A program made the position numbers and the translations under genes. The notes below the pieces were generated by a model, which saw nothing but the letters and a program-made list of their open reading frames with translations, did not search any database and was not told the DNA's origin. A stretch of DNA of 64,000 nt from Massalongia carnosa (lineage: Eukaryota), in assembly GCA_965645245.1 (NCBI GenBank), contig OZ287088.1, forward strand, positions 558,001 through 622,000, in the 5' to 3' direction. Shown here in pieces: positions 22,970 through 35,500 of this stretch; the first letter of the stretch is position 1; every line of letters starts with the position of its first letter.

Positions 22970-24069
22970 TTATAGCAGCTATTTTTGTTATTGTCTTGTA
23001 TCTCGGTCACAGTGCCTAGCGGAATGGCATTGCTATTGGTCGACGGCGCGCTAGTACCAGCCGGAGCCGCATTCCTGCCGCCTCGGCCTCTTCCGCCTCT
23101 ATTGCCTCTTCCGTGGTGACTACCTCGATGACCTCTTCCGCCTCGACCTCCGCGATGATTAGTTGGATATGGTTCTCGGCGGCCCTGATCGTTAGAAGCC
23201 GGGGCACCTTGCTCCCGCTTGGAGTAGCCTCTACCTGTTGATGATGGCAACACAGCCGCTCCCTCAGCTAGTTGTGCATCACTGATGAATTCCGCTATGG
23301 TAGCGGGATGTCGATGACCTAGTGCTAAGGAATTCCGAATTATTGGTATGACTCCCGTACGAAGCTTCTGGACCATCTGTTCTTCGGTAATAGGATGTTC
23401 CGGATCTGCATCGGCTAATATTGTTCGTAGGCGTTGTAAGTAGGCCGCAAAGGATTGAACAGTATCATTGGGACGTTGTTGTGCATGATGGTACTGCATC
23501 CAGGTTCGATCTTTGAAAACTTCTGTAGAGCCTAGTTGATTCATGAGGTTCTTTTTGAACTCCTTCCAGGTAAGATTCAGATGACCCCCTCGTGATAGTA
23601 TCTCATGCCAATTGTCGCTAGGGGTGTCTCGAAGGTAGCTGCCTGCATAGGCTATACGACGATCTTGTTCCGTTTCAGGCATGCCACTAGTGTTAAAGAC
23701 AGCCTCGCATTGTCTGGTGAATTCGAACAAGGTCTTATGGTCCTTGCCATAATACGGGTCGGGCGACTTAGCTTTGAGGTTATACCTGACAGATCGTTCC
23801 ATGGAGCGAGGACGACGAGACTCTCTTTCCTCGTGCAGTCGTTCTAATTCCCTTTCATTGGCAGCGAGACGGGTACTTTGCTGAGTCAACAAGGTAGCCT
23901 GGGCCTGCATGGCTGCTGTCTGTTCGGTCAAATGGGCCTGCATGGCTCTAATCTCGTCGATTAGCTGGTTTGGTGGTGTTTGTTCCAGCGTATCGTAGTC
24001 CAGTAGGTCATCACCCTGATTGGACGTGGGATTGGCCGAATTCTGGCCGCTTCGTCCTCGTGTGTTCAT
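22915..24069 (-). CDS. gag: Gag (384 aa) of Gypsy 2
   Basis: Capsid-like region (QRPNDTVQSFAAYLQRL), RGG-rich segment and CCHC knuckle CYNCGSLEHWVKDC. Confidence 0.93.
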   Translation of the reverse strand: MNTRGRSGQNSANPTSNQGDDLLDYDTLEQTPPNQLIDEIRAMQAHLTEQTAAMQAQATLLTQQSTRLAANERELERLHEERESRRPRSMERSVRYNLKAKSPDPYYGKDHKTLFEFTRQCEAVFNTSGMPETEQDRRIAYAGSYLRDTPSDNWHEILSRGGHLNLTWKEFKKNLMNQLGSTEVFKDRTWMQYHHAQQRPNDTVQSFAAYLQRLRTILADADPEHPITEEQMVQKLRTGVIPIIRNSLALGHRHPATIAEFISDAQLAEGAAVLPSSTGRGYSKREQGAPASNDQGRREPYPTNHRGGRGGRGHRGSHHGRGNRGGRGRGGRNAAPAGTSAPSTNSNAIPLGTVTEIQDNNKNSCYNCGSLEHWVKDCPHPKKA

Positions 24070-24169
24070 GTTGACGATAAATAGGTTGAATTGTTTGGAC
24101 GGTAGGTGTGATAGGATTGAACTATCAACAGTCGGACCAAGCTATCCTAAGATATGGAGCTTTTAGAAT

Positions 24170-24698
24170 TATAAGAAGGACAGTAGACACTAGTCCTTAT
24201 GGGTTATAATGCTCAGTGTGACTGCTAATAGATTGGTAGGTGCTAAAGCTAAAAGCTGATTCCCTGAAGATGGGAATCGAGCTTTCTATATACCCCTTGG
24301 GGTCCTATTTACTAACTACTTGTCTGGTTACCTGTCTGCCTTGTTGCCTTCAGCTGAGGTCTAGTAGATAGCCTTGCTGCCTTCAGCTGAGGTCTAGCAG
24401 ATAACCTTGTTGCCTTCAGCTGAGGTCTAGCAGATAGCCTTGTTGCCTTCAGCTGAGGTCTAGCAGATAGCCTTGTTGCCTTCAGCTGAGGTCTCCTAGG
24501 CGTCCCAGGCCTCCCATGAGGTCGAGGCTTATCTGAATAGCTTCAGTTGCTGCCTAACAAACTGGTAAGGCTGATTGCTGATGGCTTAGTATTGCTATCC
24601 GCCTTATCATAACTAAGCATCCGGATTATCAGTCACCCGGTCTTCTTGGGTGAGTCATCCCAGGAGCTAGCGCAGTCCTGTATTGCCGCGCTATTACA
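24170..24698 (-). repeat. 5' LTR of Gypsy 2 (TATATA at 24287-24292)
   Basis: Direct repeat of 18139-18667. Confidence 0.95.
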
Positions 24699-25174
24699 CC
24701 TATAATGGGTAGCCTCATGCCAACCCGGGCTTATAACCAGTTAAATAGTATATCAGGTAGGGAGGAGAAAAGATTGCATAAAGGGCTTTCTGTCTTTTTT
24801 AACAACGTGTATATTTTCAATTGTTTTATGTTCGGTAAAAATAATTGCGATATAAAGAATTGATGACGCGATTTTGATGTGCGCTACACTAGTCATTTTA
24901 AACCTTCAATTATCGTGTTTTAATTAGTTGCATTTGTTTTTAACGAGTCAACGTTTTTACGAATACTTCGCGAATATGCGTTAAAAAAGATTCGAATTAT
25001 AATAAACTTGTTTTGAATAATTAAACGATTTTTGCGTTGATCAATACATTTTTAATATAACTATTCTTTAGCTTTCTCGGAGTGAGTTTTTAAAGACATT
25101 TGTTATTTGTCTTGCCATGAAGTTGTTATTTATTAATTATTTTGCTGCATGCGAAAAAATAATCTTCGATTGAT

Positions 25175-25686
25175 TGTCAGGTGTCACGATTCTACACGGC
25201 ACGACTTCTGTAGATGGAACACGCGGGCACTTTCGATTTCGTTCCCGCAGCTACTAGAAGGTTCTATAACGACTATACCACATGGGTACTAGTGCAGTAG
25301 AGGATATATAGGAGCAGGTTCTGGTTTTCGATTGTGATTTTCCTTCCTTATCTTTATTGTATTCGTTTCTAGCATCCCTATGACTTGTCTCTAGGTAGAT
25401 CATAACATCAGGATAGCTTTCTACAAGACAGGAAGCGGTCGCAAAGTTCGGCAGGGGGTGCACGGGAAGAAACTTATACGATAGTCTCAACCGGTCCAAT
25501 CATGTAATAGTAACGTGGCCTGATCAAGGTAGAGCTATAGGATAAAGATCCCTTTGCCCACCTCTTTCGGAGGGCCACTGATCAATCTATTGATTACACT
25601 CCACCTACTGCTGTTCTATAGCGAATCCTATTCTATTGTCCTACCACTACTGTAGAGCTGTATAGTTACACTGTTCGTACTTCGCA
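25175..25686. mobile_element. Solo LTR-like family Y, carrying a nested family X LTR
   Basis: TGTCAGG...TTCGCA; homologous to 7440-7732. Confidence 0.7.
25182..25407. mobile_element. Solo LTR family X, TSD TCAGG
   Basis: TGTCACGAT...ATCATAACA; TCAGG at 25177-25181 and 25408-25412. Confidence 0.9.
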
Positions 25687-25823
25687 TCATATTAGTCTTC
25701 AATTCGAAATCGATATCTGACGTGCGTCTGTAACTTGTCGAGATGTATATTTATCAATGTTATATATGTTTTTGCTTCAAGAACTGATAAGAAGATAACT
25801 TTAAAAGTATCGATTATAATACG

Positions 25824-25992
25824 TGTAATTGTTCGACCAAGCGTGTTGCGGAGGGCCGGACCTACAGCAAATATAGCAGGAATCTCAGTTATAGTAGAAT
25901 AGAGCTTGGTCTGCGGACTAAGTATTGTACCTTTTGGTCTGAGGACAGGTGGCGCAATGGTAGAAATCTATTCACTATCTTGCTTCGTCACA
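25824..25992. mobile_element. Solo LTR family Z, TSD ATACG/ATGCG
   Basis: TGTAAT...GTCACA; collinear with 17718-17887. Confidence 0.85.
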
Positions 25993-26090
25993 ATGCGAAG
26001 ACAATTATTTTGCCAAAGGAAAAACTTACTCGTTAACGTTTTTGACTTTTTGACTACTTTGAACATGTGTCATACATTGACTCGTATGTA

Positions 26091-26238
26091 CGCAGCGCAA
26101 CGGGTTGGGTTTCCGCTACAAAATTGCTTTTTCACCATCGGGATTTTCTTTCAAACTTCAGCCCGGACACCAAAATCCTTAGGGTTCGCAACAAACATAT
26201 TATGTTTTCAAAATAGAAACCCGACCCGTTGCGCGGCG
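26091..26238. mobile_element. 148-bp MITE with ~23-bp TIRs flanked by TA (Tc1/mariner-type); decayed direct copy at ~26271-26375
   Basis: ta|cgcagcgcaacgggttgggtttc ... gaaacccgacccgttgcgcggcg|ta. Confidence 0.8.
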
Positions 26239-26434
26239 TACTCGTATATCATAATCGAACGCATTATAGTACTCCGTGTAACGGGTTGGATATTCGCCAC
26301 AAAATTGCTATTTCGCAACCGGGTTTTTCTTCAAAACTCATCCCTCATACCAAAAATTATAGGGTTCGCCATAATCGAGTTTTTGATAAGGCGGTACCAT
26401 GTATCGTGTTTAAATTACTACCTTTAGCTGTCAC

Positions 26435-26507
26435 TCTCGAGTAGCTCAGTTGGTAGAGCGGAACACTGAAGTTGTTTAGGTTATAAGTTCAAATCTTATT
26501 TCGAAGC
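26435..26507 (+). tRNA. trnF: tRNA-Phe(GAA)-like, mitochondrial style; probably a NUMT or pseudogene
   Basis: D arm GCTC-AGTTGGTA-GAGC; anticodon arm GAACA-CTGAAGT-TGTTT (GAA at 26468-26470); T arm ATAAG-TTCAAAT-CTTAT; imperfect acceptor stem TCTCGAG/TTCGAAG. Confidence 0.75.
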
Positions 26508-27090
26508 TCATGTTGTATCACCTTAAGCTGGTAGTATAATTTTAGCTAGTATAGTTTTAAAATTAAGTGTAGTCTATTGCTTTTTATTTTATAAATAAAA
26601 AGCCTTATCCTTCAGCTTTCCAAATTGTTGAAATATTGGATTATTTCAAATCGAATGACTTTATGATCTGTACCTGTGACTGCGTTTTCATCGATTGACC
26701 AATTTGTTATTGCATTTTCGATTTTGGAATTTGCTAATGTTAAATCAATAACAGATAAGGAACTTCCAGAATTGGCGTAAAATTTGCATAAATTGGGCGT
26801 ATTTATTAAACTACACTTGATTAATTTAACTTATACGTTTGACTAGATTTTCAGATCGAATTGCAAGCTATATTTTCGAATTTTACCAATTATGATATGT
26901 ATTGAAATCTCCACATATGACGAATTGCTCATTGAATATATGTTGATATTTGACTAAAAGTCGGTCGATTATATATGTTTCTCGATCGTTTTGATATTCT
27001 TCATTGTAAATAATAATAATCTGCACTTTTCGAACTTTATCAATTGTAATCTGGATACTTTGCATATCGGAATCGTCAATAAGATCCGTT

Positions 27091-28418
27091 TTTGTTTTAT
27101 TTATTCAATAAGTGTATTCACCTCAACCTAAGGTTATGACACTAAACTACTTTATGATATATTCTTATAATACTAATAAATCAACCCTTTATAACCCATC
27201 TATAAACCTTTACTATTTCTCCGTTTTTACTCCGTGTTAGTAACAACCTAAAGAAATCGAATTTTCGATTTTATAATTTATCTTTTTAAAGTTCGTAATT
27301 GTTTCAGCATAAATCAATTCTGATTTTACTATTTAATCTCTCCTTGTTATGATCTACCTAGAGACAAGTCATAGGGATGCTAGAAACGAATATCATAAAG
27401 ATAAAGAAGAGAATTGACAATCGACAACCAGAACCTGCTCCTATATATCTACTACCGCGCTAGTACCCATATGGTATAGTCGTCCTGGAATCTTCTAGTA
27501 GCTGCGGGAACGAAATCGAAATTGCCTATGTGTTCCATCTACGATTACCCTAGGCGGTGCCGAGTGCCTAGGTCGTGCCGAGTAGAATCGTGATACTCCT
27601 CAACCTCCCGTTTCGACAATTTCGTCTTCTAGCTGACCTAGTATCTATTTTCTAGTAGCGATTTAGTTTTTAACAATAAACTTTATCAAATGTTACTTCC
27701 AATTTTGGTATTGAATAAAATGTTTAAATTGTTTGTAGTATCGATATTTTGTTTCATTATTTGAATTTCTTTAAATAGTGAATGCAGTTCAGATGTTCTG
27801 GCGTTTGGCGTTCGTTGCATCGATTCGTGTATTTTTACGAATTTTAATCTTTGAATCGATTTAGATTTGACCGAAAATAAGCGTGTCCGAATTTCAGTTG
27901 CATAATAGTAGCAAATATCAATTTAGAATAATTGTTTGACAAATTATAAATCTCGATTTGCCTGATTGCATTTCAAATTTCTCGTAATATTTGCCTTTTG
28001 TCCTTCATCGTTGCGATTGATTAGTCAATTTGTTTGGCGTATTTTGATAGATTTGACTTTCCAAATAGTCAAATGTGATCGCCGAGGACTCGGTTAGGAT
28101 TCGTCTGTGTCCTGCTTTCGCCGTTTTGTCTGCAATTTCGTTTTCGATAATTTTCGAATGACTAGAAATCCATTGCAGAATTTTCTGATAGTTGTTTTCG
28201 AATAAACATTTTGCAATCTTTCGAATTTGCTTCCCATAAATATGATTTGTTAAAACTAGAATTTTGTTTATCGCGTTTAAACTATCCAATAAATCCATAT
28301 CGTTTTTTCTAAATTCGATAATATATTCGCGTTCATCAATTTGTATACCCATTTGACTACTTGTGAAATCGCATGAAGTTCAGCATTTTTAAAGCTTGAC
28401 TGTTTGCTCAATTTCCCG
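27091..28418 (-). mobile_element. 5'-truncated LINE-A (A3-like) in the same orientation as its host, 14-bp TSD
   Basis: TSD at 27077-27090 and 28419-28432; family-A 3'UTR and A-rich tail; RNase H remnant in ORF 28005..28352. Confidence 0.88.
27345..27595. mobile_element. Solo LTR family X, TSD CTCCT, inserted in the last codons of LINE-A ORF2
   Basis: TGTTATGATC...ATCGTGATA; CTCCT at 27340-27344 and 27596-27600. Confidence 0.9.
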
Positions 28419-28503
28419 CAATAAGATCCGTTCTAGGCGTGCATTGTAATTTCTAATTGCATTTTGTGACAAATACAGCTACTCTAGAGCTATATGCTGC
28501 TAT

Positions 28504-31500
28504 TGTCATAGATAAGGTCCAGATATGGAGATATGAAAGAGTTACTATTAGAAAGCTAGGTCTATGGATAGTATACAAGACGTCCGACGAAGAGCTCTAA
28601 ACACCTGAGAAACCACATAGGTTTTACAGCTATGGCTTCCAACTCCCCTATTCTTTACTTGCTCTCATCTTTGTTCCTGATCTAATTTCCTAACCATGAT
28701 CGCTTTGGCCTGTTCCGCCTTTCTCTATGCCGAAGCAATCTCTCTCTGCTGGGCAATCCCAGTCGTAGGCTTGAATAGTGGAGACGTTGAGATTGGATTC
28801 GGGATATAGGAGTTTTGGAGTGCACTGAAGGAGGTTTCAGGATAGTTTGGAATAACGGGCCACGGTTCTATTTAACATGCAGGGGAGGTTTCACGGCAAG
28901 AGAGCCTGTTAAATACTAACCCGATCAGGAAACGTGGGAGGGTGCGAGATAATTCCATGACAGTAGGTCCCTCTTCAAGGCGGAGCTCCTGCGATGCTAC
29001 TATTCCTGGCAGCGGCAATGGGTAGATTGCAAGGGGTGTGATATGGTCCGGCAGCTGTGGGGTAAGCCTGATGATATTCGTTTAGAGCTTGCTGACAGTT
29101 GGTTAGGAAATTGAAAGGTTCCTATGTGGGATTGTGACCTTCCCAATTAACAAATTATTGAAGGAGTGGAGGTTGAAATCGTCGGTCGTATTTGTAGTTC
29201 AATATGCTGTTCACATATCATTCTCGCTGTCCGTCTTCTGCTTCGACAGGTTCACGAGGGACGGGATGCTGGCCAGGAAGGGGGTTATCTGCTTCATGCT
29301 ACAGAAGGTTTGCATGGAAAAGTGGGTGGATCTTGACACCAGGAGAAAGCTCCAATTGTATTACTAGAGGGTTTGAGAAAACACGGCTTAACGTATAGGG
29401 CCCGATGTTTCGATCGTCTAAGTTGCCGGTGGGTCTGGCTGTTTGAAGATTCTTTGTGTTTAACCATACCATATCACCCACTATATAGCGGGGGCATGAT
29501 CGGCGGTTTGCATTGGCAGTGGATTCATAGATGGCTTGAGCGATTAACATTTCATCATGAAGATGAGTTTCTAAGTCTATCATCATATCCGCGAACTTAT
29601 TAGCTGCGATCAGATTATTTCGAATTTGAGCGGTAATGTTCGTCGGGAGAGGCTTGGAGGGTTCAAATCCTATACGGGGGTGTTGACTAGAATTTGCTAA
29701 AGATGGCGAAGCAAGAGTTATAGAAGAGTCCGTATTATTAGCCGCGAATTCGGCGCCTTGTAGCCACTTGGCCCAATCATCCTGCATATGGTTGACATAG
29801 GCTCTAAGTAATGCTCCATGGAGGCGTTGGCTCGTTCTGTCTGGCTATCGGTTTCCGGGTGGTATCCAGTGGACTACCGTGCGGCGATTTTTAGCCGCTT
29901 ACACAGCAATTTCCATAGTTCCGATACGAACTGCGACCCTCGATCTGATACGAGAACACCAGGTAAGCTATGATGCTTCCATACATTCTGATAGAAGGCA
30001 TCTACGGCTTCTTCGACTTCCATTGATGTGACTGGAGCCAGATGGCGCATCTGGGTTAGGCGATCTATGAAAACTAGAATGTACCGATAGGTGATTCCCA
30101 TGAAGGTGCTGGCCGAGGGGGGTCCGACATAATCTATAGAAACATCGCGCCAGCGACGCTTAGGTGCAGGTAAGGGCCTAAGCCACCCTGATGACGTTCA
30201 CGGGAGAGATTGGCTCTTTTGCAGATATGGCAGTTTCTGAAGAATCGTTGCATCGTTTTATGCATGCAAGGCCATCAATAAGAGCGACTGATGAGTTCAT
30301 AAAACTTGGCACGGCCTGGGTGTCCACCTGCGACACTATTGTGAGCGAGTTGTAGGATTCTTAGGCGAAGGCTATCTGATTTCGGTACGTAATGTCGATT
30401 TCTGAAGTACAAAATCCTATTTCTGTCTTCGCACTCTGCTAGTTGTATGCCGCTATGATATCTCGATCCGTTTCGAAGTATTTCTAGAATACGGGGTGAA
30501 AAAACTTATCCTATCCAGGGCTCGGTTCCAAAGGTCCTGAGTGGCCACGTCCATTGGGTCATCGTCAGGGTTTAGCTGATCAGTAACTAAATCTAGTTGG
30601 GGTTCTTTACGATCCGTCTCTGTGTTATCGTCTTCGTCAAGATCTTGTTCTTGATCAAGAATAGCAGGAGCGAGCACTATTGGGTCTAGAGAGGTTCCAA
30701 CCACGGTTGAATTGAAGCTCTCGGCTACTCCGTCGTCTAGGTTATGCGTTTTCAGTATCGTCTGATGCTGAAATGAGTTCCGCTTATCGGTTTCAGCCTC
30801 CTTTTCAGGGAGGTCTCCTGACCCTCGAGTTAGGGCATCCGGTTTACCGCCGGAACTCCTAGGTCGGTAGACTATCTTATAGTCGAATCGAGAAAGAAAC
30901 TCACTCCATCGGGCCTGGCGCCGACTCAAAAAGCATAGTAGAGGTGGAATATTCCAGGTTCTTATGGTCTGAAATAATATCGATAGGTTGGGCGGAGCCT
31001 TCTAGTTCAGGTCTCTAAACTATGGCCATGAGTTCTTTGTCATAGATCTCCTAGTTACACTCGGCAGGGTTATGTTTTTTCGAGAAGTTTGCGACGGAAC
31101 GCAAGATATGTTTTTCATCATATTGCGATAGGATACCCGCCGATACAAAGTCGGAGGCCGTTTCGACCACGATTTTCTTATCTGGATCAAAGTACATGAG
31201 AATAAGATCGGAGGTAAATGCTTTTTTCATCGTATTGAAGGCTTGCTGGCAATCGCTAGTCCAGGAGAATTTCGTTCCCTTCTCGGTTAGGTTCGTCAAC
31301 ATCGAGGCTATTTCACTGAATCCCAAAACGAAACGTCTGTAGAAATTGGCGAATCCTAGAAAGCTTTGAAAATCTCTAACGTTAACGGGCACAGGCCAAT
31401 TGATGACGGTATCGATCTTGGCAGAATCTATCTTGACTCCCTTAGTAGTGACGATGAGACCCAATTAGGGGACCTCGGTTACTCCGAAGGCGCACTTGGT

Positions 31501-34500
31501 GATGCTCGCTTGGAGCCCGGCCTCTCTGAGTTTGACAAGGACTTGTTTTACATGTAGGTCATGTTCGATAACGTCATCACTATAGATGAAGATGTCATCT
31601 AGATACGCGGTGCAGAATCTATCTAGGTATTCCCTCAGGGTGTCATTGATAAAATGTTGAAATGAGGCAGGTCCGTTGCGGAGACCGAAAGGCTTAACAA
31701 GATATTTGTAGAGACCTTAACGAGTCTGGAAAGTAGTAAGTTCTTCGTCTCCCTCTTTGATTCTCAGGCGATTGAATGCTGATATAATATCTAACTTGGT
31801 AAATAGCTTGGCTTTGCATAAACGGTTAATGGTCTCGGTTATCTATATAGTACTGAATTACCGTTTAATGCGGAGAGGACGTCGTGCGGACAGGAGCAAA
31901 ATCTCCCCTCTTGCCTCCACCGTACCCGACCGTTTTACTTCGTCAAACTTGGTAGATCAACTGATCCTGTAGATATCAATCCGTATCGCGAAAATTACGT
32001 TCTTTTACGCCCGTTGTGGGCCGTGAGAGGTGGTCGTATTTGAGGTTTTCATGTTTTGATGCTCCCGAGAACCGCGCTAAATCCGTCCGTCTAACGAACT
32101 TGCGAAAAACCTCGAATCGGTTTAACGTTGACTCGATGTAGTTTAGTGTCGATTATATCATCATTATTATTGTTTTATTTACGCGTTGCTACTTCATCAC
32201 TTACTTTATCATCTGCTTTATCTATTTCATAATTTATTTCAATTATTATTAATTACTGACTATTCAATTATTTCAGTGGTTGACACAAAATGGTCTGGCA
32301 GGTGGAAAAAAGGTATTCTGGGTGATAGATAAAAGGAGGTCTTGATAATAGAAAAAAGATAGTCGGGCAGTTGGACAAAAGGTGGTCTGGGTGATAGACA
32401 AAAGGTGGTCTGGGTAGCTTGGTGATAGACAAAAGTTGGTCTGGTAGGTGGTCTGGCAGGTGGTCTAGAGGATGATCAAAAGGTGCTATAAGTGATGGAC
32501 AAAATTTGGTCTGGCTGGTGGTCAAAAGGTGATATTAGCTGTGGACAAAAGGTGATCTGGCAGGTAGAAAAAAGGTGGTCTGGGTGATAGATAAAAGGTG
32601 ATCTGGCTGGTGGTCTGGATTATGATCGAAAGTTGATTTGAGGGATAGACAAAAGTTGGTCTGACAGGTGGACAAAAGGTAGTCTGGCAGGTGGACAAAA
32701 GATAGTCTGGCAGGTAGACAAAAGGTGGTCTGGTAGGTAGACAAAATATGGTATGGCAGGTGGTCTGGACGATGATCAAAAGGTAATATGAGTAGTAGAC
32801 AAAAGGTGGTCTGGCAGGTAGACAAAATGTGGCCTGACAGGTAGAAAAAGGTTATATTAGTGGTAAACAAAAGGTGGTCTAGATAATGGACAAAATGTGG
32901 TCTAGATAATGGACAAAAGGTGGTCAAAAGGTGTTCAAAAGGTGGTCTAGACGATGGACAAAAGGTGATCTGAGTAATAAACAAAAAGTTGACCTGACAG
33001 GAGAAATAAATGTTATTAGTGGTAGACAAAAGATGGTCTGGGTGATGATCAGAAGTTGGTCAAGACGATGAACAAAAGATGATATGGAAGATAGACAAAA
33101 GCTTATATAGACGATTGACAAAAGATGATATGAACGATAGAAAAAAGATGATCTGATAGGTAGACAAAGATAATATGGGAGGTGGAAAAAAGGGGATCTG
33201 AATAGTGATTATAAAGTAGTCTGAGTGATGGTCAAAAAGTGGTCTTGCAGGTAGACAAAAGATAATATAAACGTTGGTCAATAGATGATGTAAGTGATAG
33301 ACAAAAGATAATATGAATAGTGATCAAAGAGGGTCTTAATGATAGACAAAAGGTAATCTGGATAATGATTATCAGGTGGTCTGGACGATGATCTGTCAGT
33401 TGATCTGGACGATTGATAGAAGATAGTCTGGAGGGTGGACAAAAAGTAATACGGGTAACGATCAAAGTGTGATCAGGGTAGTGGTCAAAAGGTGGTCGGG
33501 ACGGTGATCAAGAGATGGTTTAGATAATTGACAAAAGGTGGTCTAAATGGTAGATAAACGGTATTCTGGGTAGCAGACAAAAAAATACCGAGGTGGAATA
33601 TTCAGGGAAAAAAGGGAGGCTATTTGAAAAGCGGCAGAGACTATTTCAAGGCTATTTAGGAGCTAGATATGGGGCCTTATTACAATCAGCGGAGGCTATC
33701 TAGCAGACTATTTGAAAGATGTTTTGACAGATGCCTTGACGGGTGGCAAGGAGATAGCGCAGGGCCGTTGCAAAGCGAAGCGGAGCAGGTCCGGAGCAGA
33801 AATCCGAGATATTTTAAGATTCTCATGAAAAAATAGCAAGCCAAATAGTAAGCAAATGAAAAGTAGTAGCAAATTAATCTCAGGTCTGAGATGGCACAGT
33901 CTTGTTAAAGGTATTGGATAACGATTTTTTATGGTGACAGCGTTAGTCCTCGGTAGTCGACGCAGAATCGAAGTCCTCCGCCGTGCTTCTTAATAAACAT
34001 AACCGGGGAGGCTGCATGTGAGCGGCTAGATCAAATGAATCCTTTGGTGACATTCTTATCTAGATAACGACGAAGTTCCTGGACCTCATCACGAATCATC
34101 CCGTAAAGAGCTTAATTAGGTTGTTGAAAACCTTCTTTTAAGACGATAGCGTGATCAGGGGAGCGGTTTTCCGGTAGTTTATTGGACTCCTTTCTGGAAA
34201 AGACATCTAGGTAGTCGTGATATTGCTTTGGAAGCAGAGGTGCCGAGTCAACGTTCTTTTGCTGCCTAACGTGCTCAAGTTCTTCTTGAGTAACGGAGGT
34301 TTCTAGGGTGAGTTTATTATGCATTCTGCAAATGGCTAGGTACATGTCCTTATCACTTGGACAGCCCTTAGTGTTAAAAGGGGGGGAAACTTGGGTTGCT
34401 ATTAACTTAGTAGATGACCTGTAGCTAGGGCTAGGGGGTTTTAAAGGCGATTCTATACCTAAGAACCGGTCTATTTCTTGGATGGAGATACTGAATATCT

Positions 34501-34620
34501 CGTAGTCCTTCTATCTTGCGAGGCGGTCGAATGTGCCGGCGCTCACCTCACTGACTCGAAGCTGGGCTGAGTAGATTGGTGCGGATTCAACCGCGGTTAG
34601 TTCGAGATGCTTAGGGACAG
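28504..34620 (-). mobile_element. Degenerate Ty3/Gypsy retrotransposon 3: 3' LTR 28504-28962, PPT ~28968-28976, IN-RH-RT fragments, interrupted at ~31844-33910, 5' end missing
   Basis: TGTCAT...ATGACA; minus-strand GAAGAGGGA before the [58 protein letters not shown] split by the insertion. Confidence 0.87.
32275..33580. repeat. Degenerate ~23-bp minisatellite (approximately GACAAAAGGTGGTCTGGCAGGTG), roughly 50+ units
   Basis: Recurring gacaaaa and ggtctg motifs are directly visible; the overlapping low-complexity ORFs are by-products. Confidence 0.88.
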
Positions 34621-35500
34621 TCCCCCCCCGACCGTCCCCCCCCGACCGTCCCCCCTGTGTAAATCTTTACTAGTAAACAGCCATTTTACTACTCATTTAG
34701 GGTGCGTACAAGCTAGCAGTTACACTACGTGACTACGTATTAATAACGTTATTGTTATTAACTAAATGTATTCAAAATCTAAAAATCTACCTATTGCGAT
34801 GACTTCAATCCCAAAAACTCGTCAATCAATTGCGATACATTATCTTTTCTAGGCTTCATGATTTTAGCCACCTTTATTATCGTCGTTTCCTTTCTCGCTT
34901 GACTCCTAATCTGATTTACTGATTTCTCGACCCTTTCCTGAGATTCCAACTCCAACTGAGCCTTTGATTTCTTCGTCACATCTCGAGACCTTCGCGTTGT
35001 TGCGGAGGAAGTAGGAAGAATTTGACTGACGCGCAAGTTTTGACTAAGACTATAAAGAGATGAAGGCGGCGCTGCCTGAAATAGTGCTTTTTGACTAGTT
35101 ATGCTTGGCAAGCACATCGTCAATATCATCGAGCGAATCCGACGAGGCTTCAGATGAAAGCATAACATCATTATCGTCAACCGAAGGAAGCATAGGACTC
35201 ATAGAACGACCGAGAATGGGTTGAGTGTTTCTATACTGTACCTCGTCGACGTCGGAGATGATAGGCGCGTTTTCGATCCTCTTCATGACTAAGTTTTCTC
35301 CTAAACCTATTGTACCTTGTATCCATTATTAGCCGCAATAGTGAGTTGTGTGATCAACGCGAAGCCTCGGATGAATGCATAGTCTTGAAGACGAGTCTTC
35401 GGCTTCTTTCAAGACGAAACTAACTCATTCTCTTGCGGAGGGAGGAGGCGAGATAGGGGTAGAAGGGCAATGGCATGTTGCTTCCGTGTATCCAAAGAAG
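34617..35500 (-). mobile_element. Unclassified, probably decayed DNA-transposon remnant
   Basis: Three cgtccccccc-type units at 34617-34655 truncate Gypsy 3; broken ORFs follow, with weak resemblance to a FAR1/MULE-type N-terminus near 35350-35475. Confidence 0.3.

Larger units (their letters stand above)
18139..24698 (-). mobile_element. Young full-length chromoviral Ty3/Gypsy retrotransposon 2, TSD CCTAT
   Basis: Two 529-bp LTRs (2 mismatches found by eye), CCTAT at 18134-18138 and 24699-24703, domain order gag-PR-RT-RH-IN-chromodomain, PPT present. Confidence 0.97.
26645..28503 (-). mobile_element. Decayed LINE-A endonuclease fragment (26645-27090 and 28419-28503) hosting a nested LINE-A 3' copy
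   Basis: ORF 26883..27065 contains ICGDFN; host sequence is continuous across the TSD CAATAAGATCCGTT. Confidence 0.85.

Noticed and set aside
25906..26427. 173-aa ORF as a host gene
   Set aside because: It spans a solo LTR and two MITE copies; chance frame.
28504..28877. Shorter Gypsy 3 LTR ending ...TTTAACA
   Set aside because: No PPT follows; the end at 28962 gives a TGTCAT/ATGACA inverted terminus plus a PPT.
32268..33465. Several overlapping Pro/Phe/Thr-rich ORFs
   Set aside because: They are translations of the minisatellite in all three frames, with no coding signal.
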